Below the pieces are notes generated by a model. That model was given only the letters and a program-made list of their open reading frames with translations. It ran no database searches and was not told the DNA's origin. Shown one piece after another: positions 62,401 through 64,000 of a stretch of DNA of 64,000 bases; within the stretch, counting starts at the first letter, position 1; every line of letters starts with the position of its first letter. The stretch is from an uncultured Muribaculaceae bacterium. Its GTDB lineage: Bacteria > Bacillota_I > Bacilli_A > RF39 > UBA660. The stretch lies in assembly GCA_964533935.1 (NCBI GenBank), contig CAZHOG010000001.1, positions 35,702-99,701 on the forward strand. The letters run 5' to 3'. Made by a program: the position numbers and the translations under genes.

Positions 62401-64000
62401 CTATTTTTCTACTCTTTTTACATCAATATAAGTATCATGACCATTTAAATCAAAAATATCTTTTAAACCTTCAGTTTTTTCAATATTTATTGATAAAGTT
62501 TCTTTTTTAATAAAATCTTCAAATTTACTAACTGCTTTATCAACTACATTATCTGAAGAATAATATAAATTAATACGATCAACAATATTAAATTCTTTTT
62601 CTTTTCTCATATTTTGAACTTTTGAAATCATCTCACGAGCAATACCTTCAAGAATTAAATCTTCAGTTAAGTTTGTATCTAAAATTATAAAGTTATCATT
62701 TTCTGTAGCAACATTAAATCCTTCTTTAGAATTCACTCTAATGTCAACTAATTCTTTATTAATTTTATATTCTTGATTATTTACCTCAATAGTGATTTCT
62801 TCATCATTTTGTAATTTCTTTATATCGTCTAAATCTAATTTAGCTAAAGTATCAGAATACATTTTTATATTAGCCCCAAATATAGGTCCAGCAACTTTAA
62901 AATTAGGTTTTAACATATATTCCATGTAATTAGCTGTATCATCAATAAATAATACTTTTTTAACATTTAATTCTTCTTCTATTAGAGATACTAAATCACT
63001 AATTAAAGATTCATGTTTTTTATCAATTAATACTTCACTAATTGGTTGTCTAACTTTTACTTTTGATTCTTCTCTAACATTTCTTCCTAAAGATATTAAA
63101 TCTCTTACTAAATCCATTCTTGATTCTATAACTTCATCAATTAATTTATCATCACAAATTGGATAATCTGCTAAATGAACAGATTCTAAACCAGTTAATT
63201 TAGTATAAATTTCATCTGATATAAATGGTGCCATTGGAGCAATTAATTTACAAATTCCTACTAATATTTCATAAGTTGTTTGATAAACAGCTTTCTTACT
63301 ATTATCTAAGTCACTTGCCCAGAATCTTCTTCTGTTTCTTCTTATGTACCAATTTGATAAATCTTCAGCAACAAAATTACTTATGAATTTAACCGCTTTA
63401 TTTAAATCATATTCTTCCATTGATTCAGTTACGTTTTTAACTAATCTATTATATTTAGAAATTAACCATTTATCAATTTCTTCTAAATCTTTATATTCGA
63501 TATTATATTCTCTTGGATCAATACTATCTGCATTTGCATACATTTCAAAGAATGTATATGTATTTTTTAATGTATTGAAGAATTTAGAATTTACTTCTTT
63601 AATTCCATCTTCATCAAATTTAAGTGGTGTCCAAACAGGAGATGCTGAAAGCATATACCATCTAGTAGCATCAGCACCATATTTTTCTATTGTAGCAAAT
63701 GGAGAAACTGAATTACCTTTAGATTTATGCATTTTTCCACCAAATTTATCTAATACTAAATCATTTACTAAAACATTTTTATATGGAGCACATCCTTTTA
63801 AGAATGTTGAAATTACGATTAATGAATAGAACCAACCTCTTGTTTGATCAATTCCTTCACAAATAAAATCTGCTGGAAATTGATTTTCAAATAATTCTTT
63901 GTTTTCAAATGGATAATGATATTGTGCAAATGGCATAGAACCTGAATCAAACCAGCAATCCATAACATCTTTAACACGAGTCATTGCTTTACCACATTTA
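62401..64000 (-). CDS. ileS: Isoleucine--tRNA ligase, C-terminal ~530 aa. The gene continues beyond the window end.
   Basis: It has the class I aaRS KMSKS motif (KMHKSKGN) preceded by DCWFDSGSMP. A long anticodon-binding C-terminal region follows, consistent with IleRS type 2. The true start lies upstream, outside the window. Confidence 0.65.
   Translation of the reverse strand, partial: KCGKAMTRVKDVMDCWFDSGSMPFAQYHYPFENKELFENQFPADFICEGIDQTRGWFYSLIVISTFLKGCAPYKNVLVNDLVLDKFGGKMHKSKGNSVSPFATIEKYGADATRWYMLSASPVWTPLKFDEDGIKEVNSKFFNTLKNTYTFFEMYANADSIDPREYNIEYKDLEEIDKWLISKYNRLVKNVTESMEEYDLNKAVKFISNFVAEDLSNWYIRRNRRRFWASDLDNSKKAVYQTTYEILVGICKLIAPMAPFISDEIYTKLTGLESVHLADYPICDDKLIDEVIESRMDLVRDLISLGRNVREESKVKVRQPISEVLIDKKHESLISDLVSLIEEELNVKKVLFIDDTANYMEYMLKPNFKVAGPIFGANIKMYSDTLAKLDLDDIKKLQNDEEITIEVNNQEYKINKELVDIRVNSKEGFNVATENDNFIILDTNLTEDLILEGIAREMISKVQNMRKEKEFNIVDRINLYYSSDNVVDKAVSKFEDFIKKETLSINIEKTEGLKDIFDLNGHDTYIDVKRVEK

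Noticed and set aside
63344-63829. A 161-aa plus-strand ORF inside ileS
   Set aside because: It is antisense to a gene carrying a clear KMSKS motif.

Overview
The window is a very AT-rich chromosomal segment (roughly 25% GC by eye) from a low-GC Firmicute that appears to use the standard bacterial code. Most of it is housekeeping, almost all on the minus strand, with several Bacillus-like syntenic blocks: spoIIP-yqxA-lepA-hemW, comEA-comEC-holA, dnaG-sigA-trmK, nusB-xseA-xseB, ruvA-ruvB, queA/tgt/miaB, priA...fmt, and a gyrB/gyrA-type topoisomerase pair that more likely encodes ParE/ParC because the GyrA-box is absent. Sporulation-type genes (spoIIP, a SpoIVB-like S55 peptidase, a SpoIIID-like regulator, a YjcZ-like tiny Gly/Tyr protein) suggest a spore-forming or recently spore-forming Clostridia/Erysipelotrichia lineage. 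No rRNA, tRNA or CRISPR array was seen. Several accessory elements interrupt otherwise conserved operons. (1) Three dispersed paralogous genes encode secreted proteins with a TasA/camelysin-like N-terminal domain and a SipW-cognate-type signal peptide. One is fused to a long GLUG-repeat beta-helix, and one is frameshifted at an A5 tract. (2) Two paralogous short HipA-like kinase-fold proteins sit beside nusB-xseAB and recD2, and neither has a HipB or HipS partner. (3) A sigma-70 family protein carries a ~190-aa N-terminal extension and lies next to the SpoIVB-like peptidase. (4) A type IV pilin gene and a lone PilB-like ATPase are encoded 10 kb apart. (5) A compact sortase-like protein is encoded next to an RnfC-like Fe-S protein gene. 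Functional calls rest on recognisable motifs and on synteny. No database search was possible.
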